This document shows positions 54,474-62,838 of a stretch of DNA of 64,000 nucleotides, in pieces. How positions within the stretch are numbered: position 1 is the first letter of the stretch; every line of letters starts with the position of its first letter. The stretch comes from Alphaproteobacteria bacterium. GTDB taxonomy: Bacteria > Pseudomonadota > Alphaproteobacteria > UBA6615. The notes under the pieces were generated by a model, which searched no databases, was not told where the DNA came from, and saw nothing but the letters and a program-made list of their open reading frames with translations. Both the position numbers and the translations under genes were made by a program. The DNA lies in the NCBI GenBank assembly GCA_021774575.1, contig JAJFIX010000031.1:28264-92263 (forward strand). Reading direction: 5' to 3'.

Positions 54474-55535
54474 ATGAAAATTTACTCTGCTGTTGCCGCG
54501 GGTACGCTCGCTGCGGCTATGGCCCTGGTCAGCGCGCCAGCGTATGCTCAGGGGCAAAGCCTGATTGCCTCGACCAGCCATCCGCTGGGATTGCCCTGGG
54601 TCGGAACTATCCAAGACTTTTTCATTCCTGAGGTGAACAGCCGGCTGGAAGCCGCTGGCCTTGATCCGATCAGCTGGAATGCCCAATTCCCCTTGCCGGG
54701 TTTGCCACCGACCGGCGTTCTCGAGACTTTGGAAGATGGAACGAATCATTTGTCCTGGGTGGGCACGCTATTTGAACCGCAAAAGATGGGACTTTTGAAC
54801 GTTGCATTTAATGCGCCTTTCGTCACCGACAATACTCTCGATCAACTCGAGGTGTTTAATAGCCTCTATGACCAGTTCCCCGAAATGGGCGCGGTTTGGG
54901 AAGCCAATGGCGCTGTGTTTCTTGGAGCGCAGGCGACGGCATCTTATGAATTGATCACCAATTTTCCGGTCAATTCGATGAACGATTTGGACGGACGCAA
55001 CATCATGTCACCGGGGCCGCAGGCCCAATGGTTGCGTGGCACCGGCGCGGTAATCGCCGACGGTAGTTTGCCCGAGGCCTTCAACTTGCTGCAGACCGGT
55101 GTTGTCGACGGTGTCATTCTGCCTGTGACCAATGCCTTTGCCTTCAAGTTATTTGAAGTTGGGGAGTTTTTGACGCTGATTAATATTGGTGCGCAAACCA
55201 CCGGTGGCTTGGCCATGGGCAAAGAGACATTCGATAGCCTGACACCTGCGGCGCAGGATATTATGCGCGAGGTCGGTCGGGAATGGTCTGGCGTCCATGG
55301 GGCAGTTGTAACCCAGCGTCAGCAAGGAGCACTGGCAAATTGGGAGGCCAACGGCGGTACCGTTACGCGGATTGGCACCGGCGCAAAGGCGGCATGGCTG
55401 AATGCATTGCCGGCTCTTGGGACCGAGTGGGTTGGCCGGAATGCTGCAGCCGGACCGTCTGCGGCAATTTTGAACGCTTATCTCGATGGCATGGCCGCTA
55501 AGGGCCATGAGCCGTTGCGCGATTGGCGCCAATAG
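54474..55535 (+). CDS. TRAP transporter substrate-binding protein (DctP-like)
   Basis: Sec signal peptide, FFIPEV, LQTGVVDG, FKLFEV, FDSLTP; GGAGG RBS; upstream of a DctQM gene. Confidence 0.85.
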   Translation: MKIYSAVAAGTLAAAMALVSAPAYAQGQSLIASTSHPLGLPWVGTIQDFFIPEVNSRLEAAGLDPISWNAQFPLPGLPPTGVLETLEDGTNHLSWVGTLFEPQKMGLLNVAFNAPFVTDNTLDQLEVFNSLYDQFPEMGAVWEANGAVFLGAQATASYELITNFPVNSMNDLDGRNIMSPGPQAQWLRGTGAVIADGSLPEAFNLLQTGVVDGVILPVTNAFAFKLFEVGEFLTLINIGAQTTGGLAMGKETFDSLTPAAQDIMREVGREWSGVHGAVVTQRQQGALANWEANGGTVTRIGTGAKAAWLNALPALGTEWVGRNAAAGPSAAILNAYLDGMAAKGHEPLRDWRQ

Positions 55536-55547
55536 AGCGACGTCATA

Positions 55548-55628
55548 TTGCCACCTTGCCCTTGAGGCTAGGTGGCAACGAATTGCGGCCGATTGGTCGT
55601 GGGATGGGAGGCGCGGTGCGTCTCCCAT
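55548..55628 (+). other. Two stem-loops between dctP and dctQM (probable mRNA-stabilising or attenuating structures)
   Basis: ttgccacct..aggtggcaa (55548-55578) and atgggag..ctcccat (55604-55628). Confidence 0.6.
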
Positions 55629-55665
55629 TGAATTTATAAGAATATCTTTTGGTAGGTCTCTCGAA

Positions 55666-57804
55666 ATGAGCACAACTCAGGCAGCAACCGATACGCCGCG
55701 CATAGCTGACGATCTCGGTTTAATGCGAGTTTTGCGTAAAATACTTTCAGGCCCGATCACCGTTTCCAATGCCATCGGAACCGTTTGGATCTTTGCCTTA
55801 ATGCTGATGATCGTTGCAGACATTTTGGGCCGGAAGTTTTTCGGCACTCCTGTCCGCGGTGTTGTATTGATCGTTTCTCATTCGATTGTCGGCATTATAT
55901 TTCTTCAAATGGCGTCGAGTCTTGAAGTCGGTCGTATTACCCGGACCAGTGTTTTCATTGGCGGCCTGTTGAAAACCAGGCCTTTTGCCGCGGCTTTTTA
56001 TCAGCTTGTTTTTCACGGTCTTGGCGCCGTGGTGCTTGCCGAAATCGCCTACTGGACCTGGCCGAAGTTAGAAAAAGCTTGGAATACGGGTGAATGGGAA
56101 GGAGCGGCTAATGATGTCGTACTTCTCGTTTGGCCGCTTAAGGCCATCATTGTATTCGGTGCCTCGGCAACGGCACTACAATTTCTCCGCTTGGCTATTC
56201 GCGACGTTGCCGTACTTGTTACCGGCGTGCCCCAAGACCCGAGCGCCCCCAAAGACGCGCCCAAGGGATGGATGGCAATAACATTTTTGATCTTCGGGAT
56301 CCTACTTGTTTCACTGTTGGCGATGAATTCCGACGGACTAACCAATTTGCAAATCGGTATGATTTCCGTTGGTGCGATGTTGATGCTGATTTATTCAGGC
56401 ATGCATATTGCGATCGCTTTATTGTTACTCTCAATTGGCGGCAGTGCGGTCATCTTTGACGGCGCCGTGGTCCTTGCAATGAAGCAGATGGCCGGTGTCA
56501 CTAATACGGCTGTCGGTAATTTCACCTTCGGCGTTGTCCCGCTATTTGTTCTCACAGGCTTACTCGTCAGCGCGGCTGATTTCGGGCGCGAGGCGTTTGA
56601 AGTTGCGGAATGGATATTTGGTAAAATCGTTGGCGGGTTGGGGGTCGCGACCGTTGCGGCCAATGCCGTGTTTGCTGCGATTACCGGCGTTTCATTGGCT
56701 TCGGCGGCGGTCTTTACCCGTGTCGCGGTTCCGCCAATGGTCGAGCGTGGGTTTACGACTAAATTTGCCGTTGGTACGGTTGCCGGCAGTTCGGTACTCG
56801 GCATGTTGATCCCACCAAGTTTACTGCTCATCATTTATGGAATTGTCACCGAAGCGTCGGTTGGCAAATTGTTTCTCGCGGCCATTATTCCCGGCATCGT
56901 ATTGGCTACGGCTTTTGCCGTGATGATCATTCTGCTCGCCAAATTCATGCCAAACTTTGTTGGGGTCGAGGCACCCGAGCATAAACGCAAGCGGCTGGAA
57001 GCCGAAAAAGACGGCAATTTGGATCCGATGAGCAAAGCTGGTGTGGCGTTACTAGCCGGATGGCCGTTGCGTTTGACCGTTGGGCCGTCCGGTGCGGTAA
57101 AATTGCTCGGCGCACTCGTCAAGCTCACCCCAATTTTATTGCTGATGCTAATCGTCCTTGGCGGTATCTATGGCGGGTATTTCTCACCGACCGAGGCTGG
57201 GGCAGCCGGTGCATTCGCCGCTTTGGTCATCGCCCTCATAAAGCGACGGCTGACCTGGAAATCGTTTTGGGAAGTGATGTTGCAGACCGGGCATATCGCC
57301 ACCGGTGTTCTGTTCTTGATTACTGCATCGATGTTTTACGCACAATTTCTAGCGCGCAGCGGTTTGCCTGGTTTTATCATGGGCTTTGTGACGAATTCTG
57401 ATTTCGGGCTGGTCGGCCTCATCCTAGCGTACATGGTCGTGTTGTTGATCTTGGGAATGATTCTCGATCCCATTTCGATCGTACTCATCACCGTTCCGAT
57501 GATCTATCCGGCAATTGTTCAGGGCGGTGGCGATCTGATTTGGTTTGGCATCGTGACCATCATTGCCGTCGAAGCCGGTCTGCTGACGCCACCTCTCGGG
57601 CTGACCGTCTTTGTTGTTCAGGGGATAATGGGCGACGAACATGTCACTGTGCCCGAAGTCTTCCGAGGCGCCTTTCCCTACGTCATAACGATGATTCTGG
57701 TGCTCTTATTGCTGATCAGTCAGGAATGCATAAGCTTGGTCATGCTCGAGCGCGAAGGGGCGGCATGCCGCGAAGTCTTTGCCGGTTGGTTTGGGCGCGG
57801 TTAA
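55666..57804 (+). CDS. Fused TRAP transporter DctQ-DctM permease
   Basis: DctQ-like N-terminus (ADILGRKFFGTP), linker plus extra TM, DctM motifs VPLFVL, AITGVSLAS, GMLIPPS, FSPTEAGA, GLLTPPLG; start at MSTTQ. Confidence 0.88.
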   Translation: MSTTQAATDTPRIADDLGLMRVLRKILSGPITVSNAIGTVWIFALMLMIVADILGRKFFGTPVRGVVLIVSHSIVGIIFLQMASSLEVGRITRTSVFIGGLLKTRPFAAAFYQLVFHGLGAVVLAEIAYWTWPKLEKAWNTGEWEGAANDVVLLVWPLKAIIVFGASATALQFLRLAIRDVAVLVTGVPQDPSAPKDAPKGWMAITFLIFGILLVSLLAMNSDGLTNLQIGMISVGAMLMLIYSGMHIAIALLLLSIGGSAVIFDGAVVLAMKQMAGVTNTAVGNFTFGVVPLFVLTGLLVSAADFGREAFEVAEWIFGKIVGGLGVATVAANAVFAAITGVSLASAAVFTRVAVPPMVERGFTTKFAVGTVAGSSVLGMLIPPSLLLIIYGIVTEASVGKLFLAAIIPGIVLATAFAVMIILLAKFMPNFVGVEAPEHKRKRLEAEKDGNLDPMSKAGVALLAGWPLRLTVGPSGAVKLLGALVKLTPILLLMLIVLGGIYGGYFSPTEAGAAGAFAALVIALIKRRLTWKSFWEVMLQTGHIATGVLFLITASMFYAQFLARSGLPGFIMGFVTNSDFGLVGLILAYMVVLLILGMILDPISIVLITVPMIYPAIVQGGGDLIWFGIVTIIAVEAGLLTPPLGLTVFVVQGIMGDEHVTVPEVFRGAFPYVITMILVLLLLISQECISLVMLEREGAACREVFAGWFGRG

Positions 57805-57825
57805 TCAAGTTAGAGGAATAGATTT

Positions 57826-58638
57826 ATGGGTATGCTCGACGGCAAGAAAATTGTCGTTACCGGCGGGGCCAGCGGTATTGGTCGCGCCACATGTGTTCTT
57901 GCCGCGACGGAAGGCGCAGATGTTGCCGTTGCCGACATAGATCTGGAACGTGCCGCTGAAACCGCCGAACTCGTTCGGGCCGCCGGCGGAACGGCGATCA
58001 CGATTGAAATCGATACGTCGAAGAAAGCTGATGCGGATCGTATGGTGGCGGAGACCCTTGCTGCATTTGGAACCATTGACGGGATCGTGTGCGGAGCGAT
58101 CAAATTGGTTCCAGGCAAATTAGAGGAATTGCCCGAAGAAGATTGGGACATGGTGATTGATATTGGGCTTAAAGGTTATTTTCTCTGTGCCCAAGCGGCC
58201 GGCCGAGTGATGTTGGACAAAGGCGCCGGGTCAATCGTCTTCTTATCTTCGGTCGGTGGCGTGCAGGCCTATAATGGGGCAGGGGCCTATTCCATAGCAA
58301 AAGCCGGTGCGATCATGTTGGGCAAGCTATTCGGTGTTGAATGGGGGGGCAGGGGCGTGCGCGCCAATACAGTTTGCCCCGGCCAAATTCGAACCCCGAT
58401 GACCGAGGCAATGTTTGCCGATCCTGAAATCGCCGCAGGCAGAGCCGCCGTCGTTCCGATGGGGCGGGTCGGTTTGCCCGAGGAAATTGCCGAGGCATGC
58501 GTGTTTCTGCTTTCGGACCGGGCGAGCTACGTCAATGCCGACAGCATGCAGGTCGATGGCGGCCAGGCGGAAAGCAAAATGATGCACACGCCAGGACGCA
58601 ATTGGGGCGGCAAAAAAATGGATTATTCGACGAATTGA
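57826..58638 (+). CDS. Classical short-chain dehydrogenase/reductase, predicted NAD(H)-dependent
   Basis: TGGASGIG, Asp at end of beta2 (VADID), catalytic SS and YSIAK. Confidence 0.9.
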   Translation: MGMLDGKKIVVTGGASGIGRATCVLAATEGADVAVADIDLERAAETAELVRAAGGTAITIEIDTSKKADADRMVAETLAAFGTIDGIVCGAIKLVPGKLEELPEEDWDMVIDIGLKGYFLCAQAAGRVMLDKGAGSIVFLSSVGGVQAYNGAGAYSIAKAGAIMLGKLFGVEWGGRGVRANTVCPGQIRTPMTEAMFADPEIAAGRAAVVPMGRVGLPEEIAEACVFLLSDRASYVNADSMQVDGGQAESKMMHTPGRNWGGKKMDYSTN

Positions 58639-58651
58639 AGAGGGCAACCTG

Positions 58652-59431
58652 ATGGGACGGTTTGAAGGTAAAGTCTGCATTGTGACCGGTGGTGCGAGCG
58701 GCATCGGGGCAAAGACGGCGGAAATGTTTGTCGAGCAAGGCGGGTGTGTCGTCGTTACTGACGTTAACGATGCGGCGGGCGAGAAATTAGTTGGCGATAT
58801 TGGGGCAAGCAAAGCGGCTTATTTACACCTCGATGTTACCGACCCGGACGCCTGCCAGGCAGGTGTCGACTTGGCTGTCGAGAAATTTGGCAGCGTCGAT
58901 TACCTGCTCAATTCGGCAGTGAAAATGGCACCGGGAATGCTTAAGGATCTTTCCTTGGCCGACTGGAACACGATGGTCAACATCGGTTTGACCGGCTCTT
59001 TTTTGATGACACAGGCCGTCGGAAATTGGTTGATAGAGAACGAACGACCGGGGTCAGTTGTGATGATGTCTTCGATTGGTGGGCGCCAGCCTTATGGCAT
59101 GTCGGGTGCCTATTCGACGGTCAAGGCGGCGGTAAAAATGCTGGCAGATCATTTCGGCATCGAGTGGGGCGGGTATAATATCCGGGTCAATTCAATCGTC
59201 GCCGGTCATATCGAGACACCGCTGACGGCTTACTTGAAGGACCCAGAAATCAAGCGCGGTCGCAGCGAAGTAACGCCCCTCGGCCGGGTCGGTCAGCCGG
59301 TCGATATTGCCAATGCGGTTTTGTTTCTTTTTTCCGACGAAGCCGATTATGTGACGGCAACAGCGCTCAATGTTGATGGGGGCATAACGCGCAGCGTCAT
59401 GAACCACATGCCCGGCCGCAAGTGGAGCTAG
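58652..59431 (+). CDS. Second classical SDR, paralog of the upstream gene
   Basis: TGGASGIG, VTDVND, SSIGG, YSTVK. Confidence 0.9.
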   Translation: MGRFEGKVCIVTGGASGIGAKTAEMFVEQGGCVVVTDVNDAAGEKLVGDIGASKAAYLHLDVTDPDACQAGVDLAVEKFGSVDYLLNSAVKMAPGMLKDLSLADWNTMVNIGLTGSFLMTQAVGNWLIENERPGSVVMMSSIGGRQPYGMSGAYSTVKAAVKMLADHFGIEWGGYNIRVNSIVAGHIETPLTAYLKDPEIKRGRSEVTPLGRVGQPVDIANAVLFLFSDEADYVTATALNVDGGITRSVMNHMPGRKWS

Positions 59432-60255
59432 CAGCAGTGAGTTCGCGCCAACCAGCCGGATACAGCTGAACTAACCGCAGCCTCTTGGCCGACATAGAAG
59501 TGACCGCAATTTTCGATAATCTCAACATCGCAGGGACCCGAACATTTTTCCGCAAATTCATCGGCTGGGTAAATATCGTCGGACTCCTCGTCGCCTTTAA
59601 GAAAAAGCACAGGGCAGGAAATTTTTTCCGCCCAGTCCAAAATTCCGGGCACCGAAGTCATGAAATCGACCGCACTTTGTGCGCCAATGACCCGCCACCA
59701 CCCGTCCAACAGTAATAAATCGCGTGGGCGTCCGGCGGCTATACTGGTCACCGCGCGCGCAGCAATTTTGTCATAGTCTGCACCGGCCCAATTTCCGGCG
59801 GCGCTGATCTTTGCAGCGATATCAGTTCCGCCCGCATGGGCCGAAAGCAAAATCAGGGCCGGTGTGTCGGAATGGTCTGCTGTGTAGCGCACCCCCAGCA
59901 TTCCGCCATTGCTGTGGCCGATGACGATTGGCGAACCAAATCCTTTGGCGCGCAGCCATTCCCCGGCCGTTATATTATCCGCCATAGCTTCGGCTGCTGT
60001 TTGGTAGGCGCCGCCTTCCAATTCACGGCTATCGCGGGTCGATAGGACATCGTGCCCACGTCGATTAAAGGCGAGGCAAGCAAAACCCATCTGGGTCAAA
60101 ATAGGTGGCAGGAAACGCGGCGCACCAACATAAAAATTCATGCAATTGCCATGCATCAGCATGACGGTGCCGCGAATTTCACCATCATCGGGTTCATAAT
60201 AGGCGCCGTCCAGCGGAACCGTGTCGGTTCCAATGGAGACCAATTCGGTCCGCAT
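59428..60255 (-). CDS. Alpha/beta-fold serine hydrolase
   Basis: HG oxyanion motif (MHGNC), NRRGHD, GHSNGG nucleophile elbow, C-terminal GHFY; 17 bp downstream of the NHase-like alpha gene. Confidence 0.85.
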   Translation of the reverse strand: MRTELVSIGTDTVPLDGAYYEPDDGEIRGTVMLMHGNCMNFYVGAPRFLPPILTQMGFACLAFNRRGHDVLSTRDSRELEGGAYQTAAEAMADNITAGEWLRAKGFGSPIVIGHSNGGMLGVRYTADHSDTPALILLSAHAGGTDIAAKISAAGNWAGADYDKIAARAVTSIAAGRPRDLLLLDGWWRVIGAQSAVDFMTSVPGILDWAEKISCPVLFLKGDEESDDIYPADEFAEKCSGPCDVEIIENCGHFYVGQEAAVSSAVSGWLARTHCC

Positions 60256-60272
60256 GTTTATTGGTCTGCTTC

Positions 60273-60908
60273 TTATTCTAAGACAGTGGGCAATGTCACG
60301 CCAACCATGGCATCGCGGGTAATAATCTCTTCCAACTGTGCTTCGCTCCAGCCTTGCGTCCCCTCGGGGCGCATTGGAATGACGACGTAGCGCATATCGG
60401 CATTGCTATCATGTACCCGCAGCGTCACGTCATCAGAAAGTTGGGTGCCGAATTCCGCCAGCACGGGGCGCGGTTCGACAACGACGCGCTTGCGATAGTT
60501 ATCGGATTTGTACCAAGTCGGTGGTTGCCCGAGGAGGTGCCGGGGATAGCAGGAGCATAGAGTACAAACGATCACGTTATGAATTTCGGGAGTGTTTTCG
60601 ACGGCGACGAGCTGGTCGGTTTCCAGGTCAATCCCCATGGAGGCAACTGCCGCCTTGCCGTCGCGCAGCAGGAATTTTTTAAATGCGGGGTCGGTCCAGG
60701 CCCGTGCAATTACTTTCGCGCCGCGATTTGGATAATCGGACTCAAAGGCCTCCATGGTCGCCCTGACCTCATCCGCCGTCATCACCCCTTGGTCGATCAG
60801 CAGTTCCTGCATTGCCCGGCTCATGATTTCGTATTCGCTCGGCACACCGTCTCTCTGGCCGGCAGTTTGATGAGGATGTTGGTGATCGTCGACGTGATTA
60901 TTTACCAT
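60273..60908 (-). CDS. Cobalt nitrile hydratase alpha / thiocyanate hydrolase gamma-like metal-binding subunit
   Basis: GAKVIARAWTDPAFK, ENT..HNVIVCTLCSCYPR, LGQPPTWYKS..YR, VLAEFG, RVHDS, PMRPEGTQGWSE, TRDAMVGV; His-rich N-terminus. Confidence 0.93.
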   Translation of the reverse strand: MVNNHVDDHQHPHQTAGQRDGVPSEYEIMSRAMQELLIDQGVMTADEVRATMEAFESDYPNRGAKVIARAWTDPAFKKFLLRDGKAAVASMGIDLETDQLVAVENTPEIHNVIVCTLCSCYPRHLLGQPPTWYKSDNYRKRVVVEPRPVLAEFGTQLSDDVTLRVHDSNADMRYVVIPMRPEGTQGWSEAQLEEIITRDAMVGVTLPTVLE

Positions 60909-61254
60909 TGGATTTTTCGCTCCCTTCGGCCCGCTCTTCAGCTTGATTGAGCCAATGCTCGTAGATTTCCAACTCTATCGTGTCGTATTGCGGACCGGCG
61001 TAAGTTGGCCAGACATGAGTTTGCGAGAATCGAACTCGGTAGAGAATGCGTTCGGGCAGTCCGTCTTCACCATAGGCCCTGGTTTCCGGGTCTGGAAAGG
61101 CGCCACAAATGCGCTCGATCTCCCCGCTTTTGCCTCGAATATAATAGGGCACCCGACAGTGACCCGCCGGATAACCGATTTGCACGGTTACACTATCACC
61201 GACGTCGAATTTTCGGTTGGGGGCTGGGCGGTAGGTTGAGGTCGCACCGGTCAT
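60898..61254 (-). CDS. Nitrile hydratase beta C-terminal SH3-like subunit (thiocyanate hydrolase alpha-like)
   Basis: KFDVGDSV, GHCRVPYYIRGKSG, LYRVRF...VWPTY, EIYEHWL. Confidence 0.85.
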   Translation of the reverse strand: MTGATSTYRPAPNRKFDVGDSVTVQIGYPAGHCRVPYYIRGKSGEIERICGAFPDPETRAYGEDGLPERILYRVRFSQTHVWPTYAGPQYDTIELEIYEHWLNQAEERAEGSEKSNGK

Positions 61255-61632
61255 CTAGCTTGCTCTATTTTTCGATTGGCCCGTCGCAAACCTGGCCCTG
61301 ACAACTTCCATCTTTTCATCCAGTTCGGCCTGGGTGAAAGTCCCTTTTTCGATAAGGAGATTGCGGATCGCCTTTGTTGTTCGTTCAAAATAGCTGAGCC
61401 GGTAATAATCGGGTAAATCCTCGGCCGCCCGCCGCATCTCATCAAGTGCAGAGATCCCCTTGGCGACCATCACCATACGCATACCATTTGCCTGTTTTTC
61501 CCAAAACAGCATGCCGTGATCTCTGGTGTCGATGGGGCCAGCATCGGCACTACTCACATCGCCCCCCATATCATGGGCACGGGGGGCGTGGGGGCCATCT
61601 TCGGCAGTGGGACCGTGCTTAGGGGTTTTCAT
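61255..61632 (-). CDS. Nitrile hydratase beta N-terminal subunit (thiocyanate hydrolase beta-like)
   Basis: HDMGG, WEKQ, LDEMRRAAE, YYRLSYFER, LLIEKG..TQAEL. Confidence 0.85.
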   Translation of the reverse strand: MKTPKHGPTAEDGPHAPRAHDMGGDVSSADAGPIDTRDHGMLFWEKQANGMRMVMVAKGISALDEMRRAAEDLPDYYRLSYFERTTKAIRNLLIEKGTFTQAELDEKMEVVRARFATGQSKNRAS

Positions 61633-61733
61633 GATTTATCGTCCTCGTGTGCGTGCAACATGACCGGTTCCCACGATAGCGAATTTATTCGCCCTTGTAG
61701 AAATTGAATTATGTAGAATATGTATTTTGGCAT

Positions 61734-61762
61734 AAAAAACCCCCCGGCGTTATCGCCGGGGG
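61734..61762 (-). terminator. Rho-independent terminator after the Gfo/Idh/MocA gene
   Basis: cccccggcg-ttat-cgccggggg with adjacent A6 (U-tail on minus strand). Confidence 0.8.
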
Positions 61763-61793
61763 TCAAATCAAGCTAACCGCCTGTATGTCAGGG

Positions 61794-62798
61794 TTAGCCG
61801 GTAATGTCGCTTATAGCGACCGGCTGCCCACTGGCGACAGAATTAATCATCGCCTGCAATGCCTCGATGGAGTGCAGGGCATCGGCAGGGCTGATATGGT
61901 AGGCGCCTTTGCCGGCAATTGCATTGGCAAAAGAGCGTTGCTCTTCGGCGATGCTGGCAATCGGGTCTGAGACAAAATCAAAGTCATAGGTCAATGTCTC
62001 GGGCTCACCATCAACCGGCCTGAAGGTCAAATTGTTATAGGCTCGACCAGTGATTTCTGCCGAAGCCTTGGTTCCGAAAATTGTAATGTTCATGCCAATC
62101 GCCGTCGCAACTATGGTCGCGATTGACCCGGTTGCACCGCTTTGGAGTTTGAACATTGCTGACGAGGTGTCATCGACATCGGCTTCAACCGCTATCCGAT
62201 CCGACAATGCGTAAACCGTATCAAAACGGCCGAATAAATCGATAACATGATCGATTTGATGCATGCCGAGCGGAGCCATGCCGGCAATTGGCAATTCGGT
62301 CCGCGACATCCTCCAATTCTCGGCCGGCATTTTCAGGGCCATTGGGATGGTTTCGGTTGCTGAAAAATGCAATAATTTGCCGAAATATCCTTCGGCAATC
62401 CGATTTCTTATTTCGACAATAGATGGATGGTTTCGACGATTGTGGCCGACAGCGAGAACCAAGCCTTTTTCAGCCGCAAAGTCTGTGACTTTCTTGGCGC
62501 CTGCGTAGGTCAAGGTAAGGGGTTTTTCGACGAGCACATGTTTTCCGGCTTTAAGTGCCTTTGCAATATCTTCATCATGTTGTGTGTTCGCGGTTGAGAC
62601 AAAAATCGCCTCAATATCGGCGTTTTCTAGCATATCATCGATGCTGGTGAAAACCTTGATACCGTATTTCTCTGCCGTTTCTTTCGCTTTTTCGGCGTCA
62701 CGTACGGTGGTCGCGGTGAATTGGACATCGGAGTCGGCACCTGCGCGCACGCGGTTTTGAGCCCACCAGCCGAGGCCTGTGATACCTGCTTTAATCAA
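61794..62798 (-). CDS. Gfo/Idh/MocA family oxidoreductase
   Basis: GLGWWA, AGKHVLVEKPL, VGHNRR, GMHQID; TTG start with AAGGA RBS. Confidence 0.9.
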   Translation of the reverse strand: MIKAGITGLGWWAQNRVRAGADSDVQFTATTVRDAEKAKETAEKYGIKVFTSIDDMLENADIEAIFVSTANTQHDEDIAKALKAGKHVLVEKPLTLTYAGAKKVTDFAAEKGLVLAVGHNRRNHPSIVEIRNRIAEGYFGKLLHFSATETIPMALKMPAENWRMSRTELPIAGMAPLGMHQIDHVIDLFGRFDTVYALSDRIAVEADVDDTSSAMFKLQSGATGSIATIVATAIGMNITIFGTKASAEITGRAYNNLTFRPVDGEPETLTYDFDFVSDPIASIAEEQRSFANAIAGKGAYHISPADALHSIEALQAMINSVASGQPVAISDITG

Positions 62799-62838
62799 AA
62801 TCTTATCCTTCCGGGTGGAAATTAGGGGCCGCAGCCGA

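Noticed and set aside
55486..55665. Extended N-termini in the ORF track (dctQM, lpdA, pdhA, moaC, ispDF, gltX, trpC)
   Set aside because: They overlap neighbouring genes or structured spacers; downstream starts match family N-termini better and several have a clear RBS.
60898..61632. Split beta subunit as a pseudogenised NHase beta
   Set aside because: Both halves have their own ATG, keep conserved residues, carry terminal extensions and break at the domain boundary used by three-subunit enzymes.
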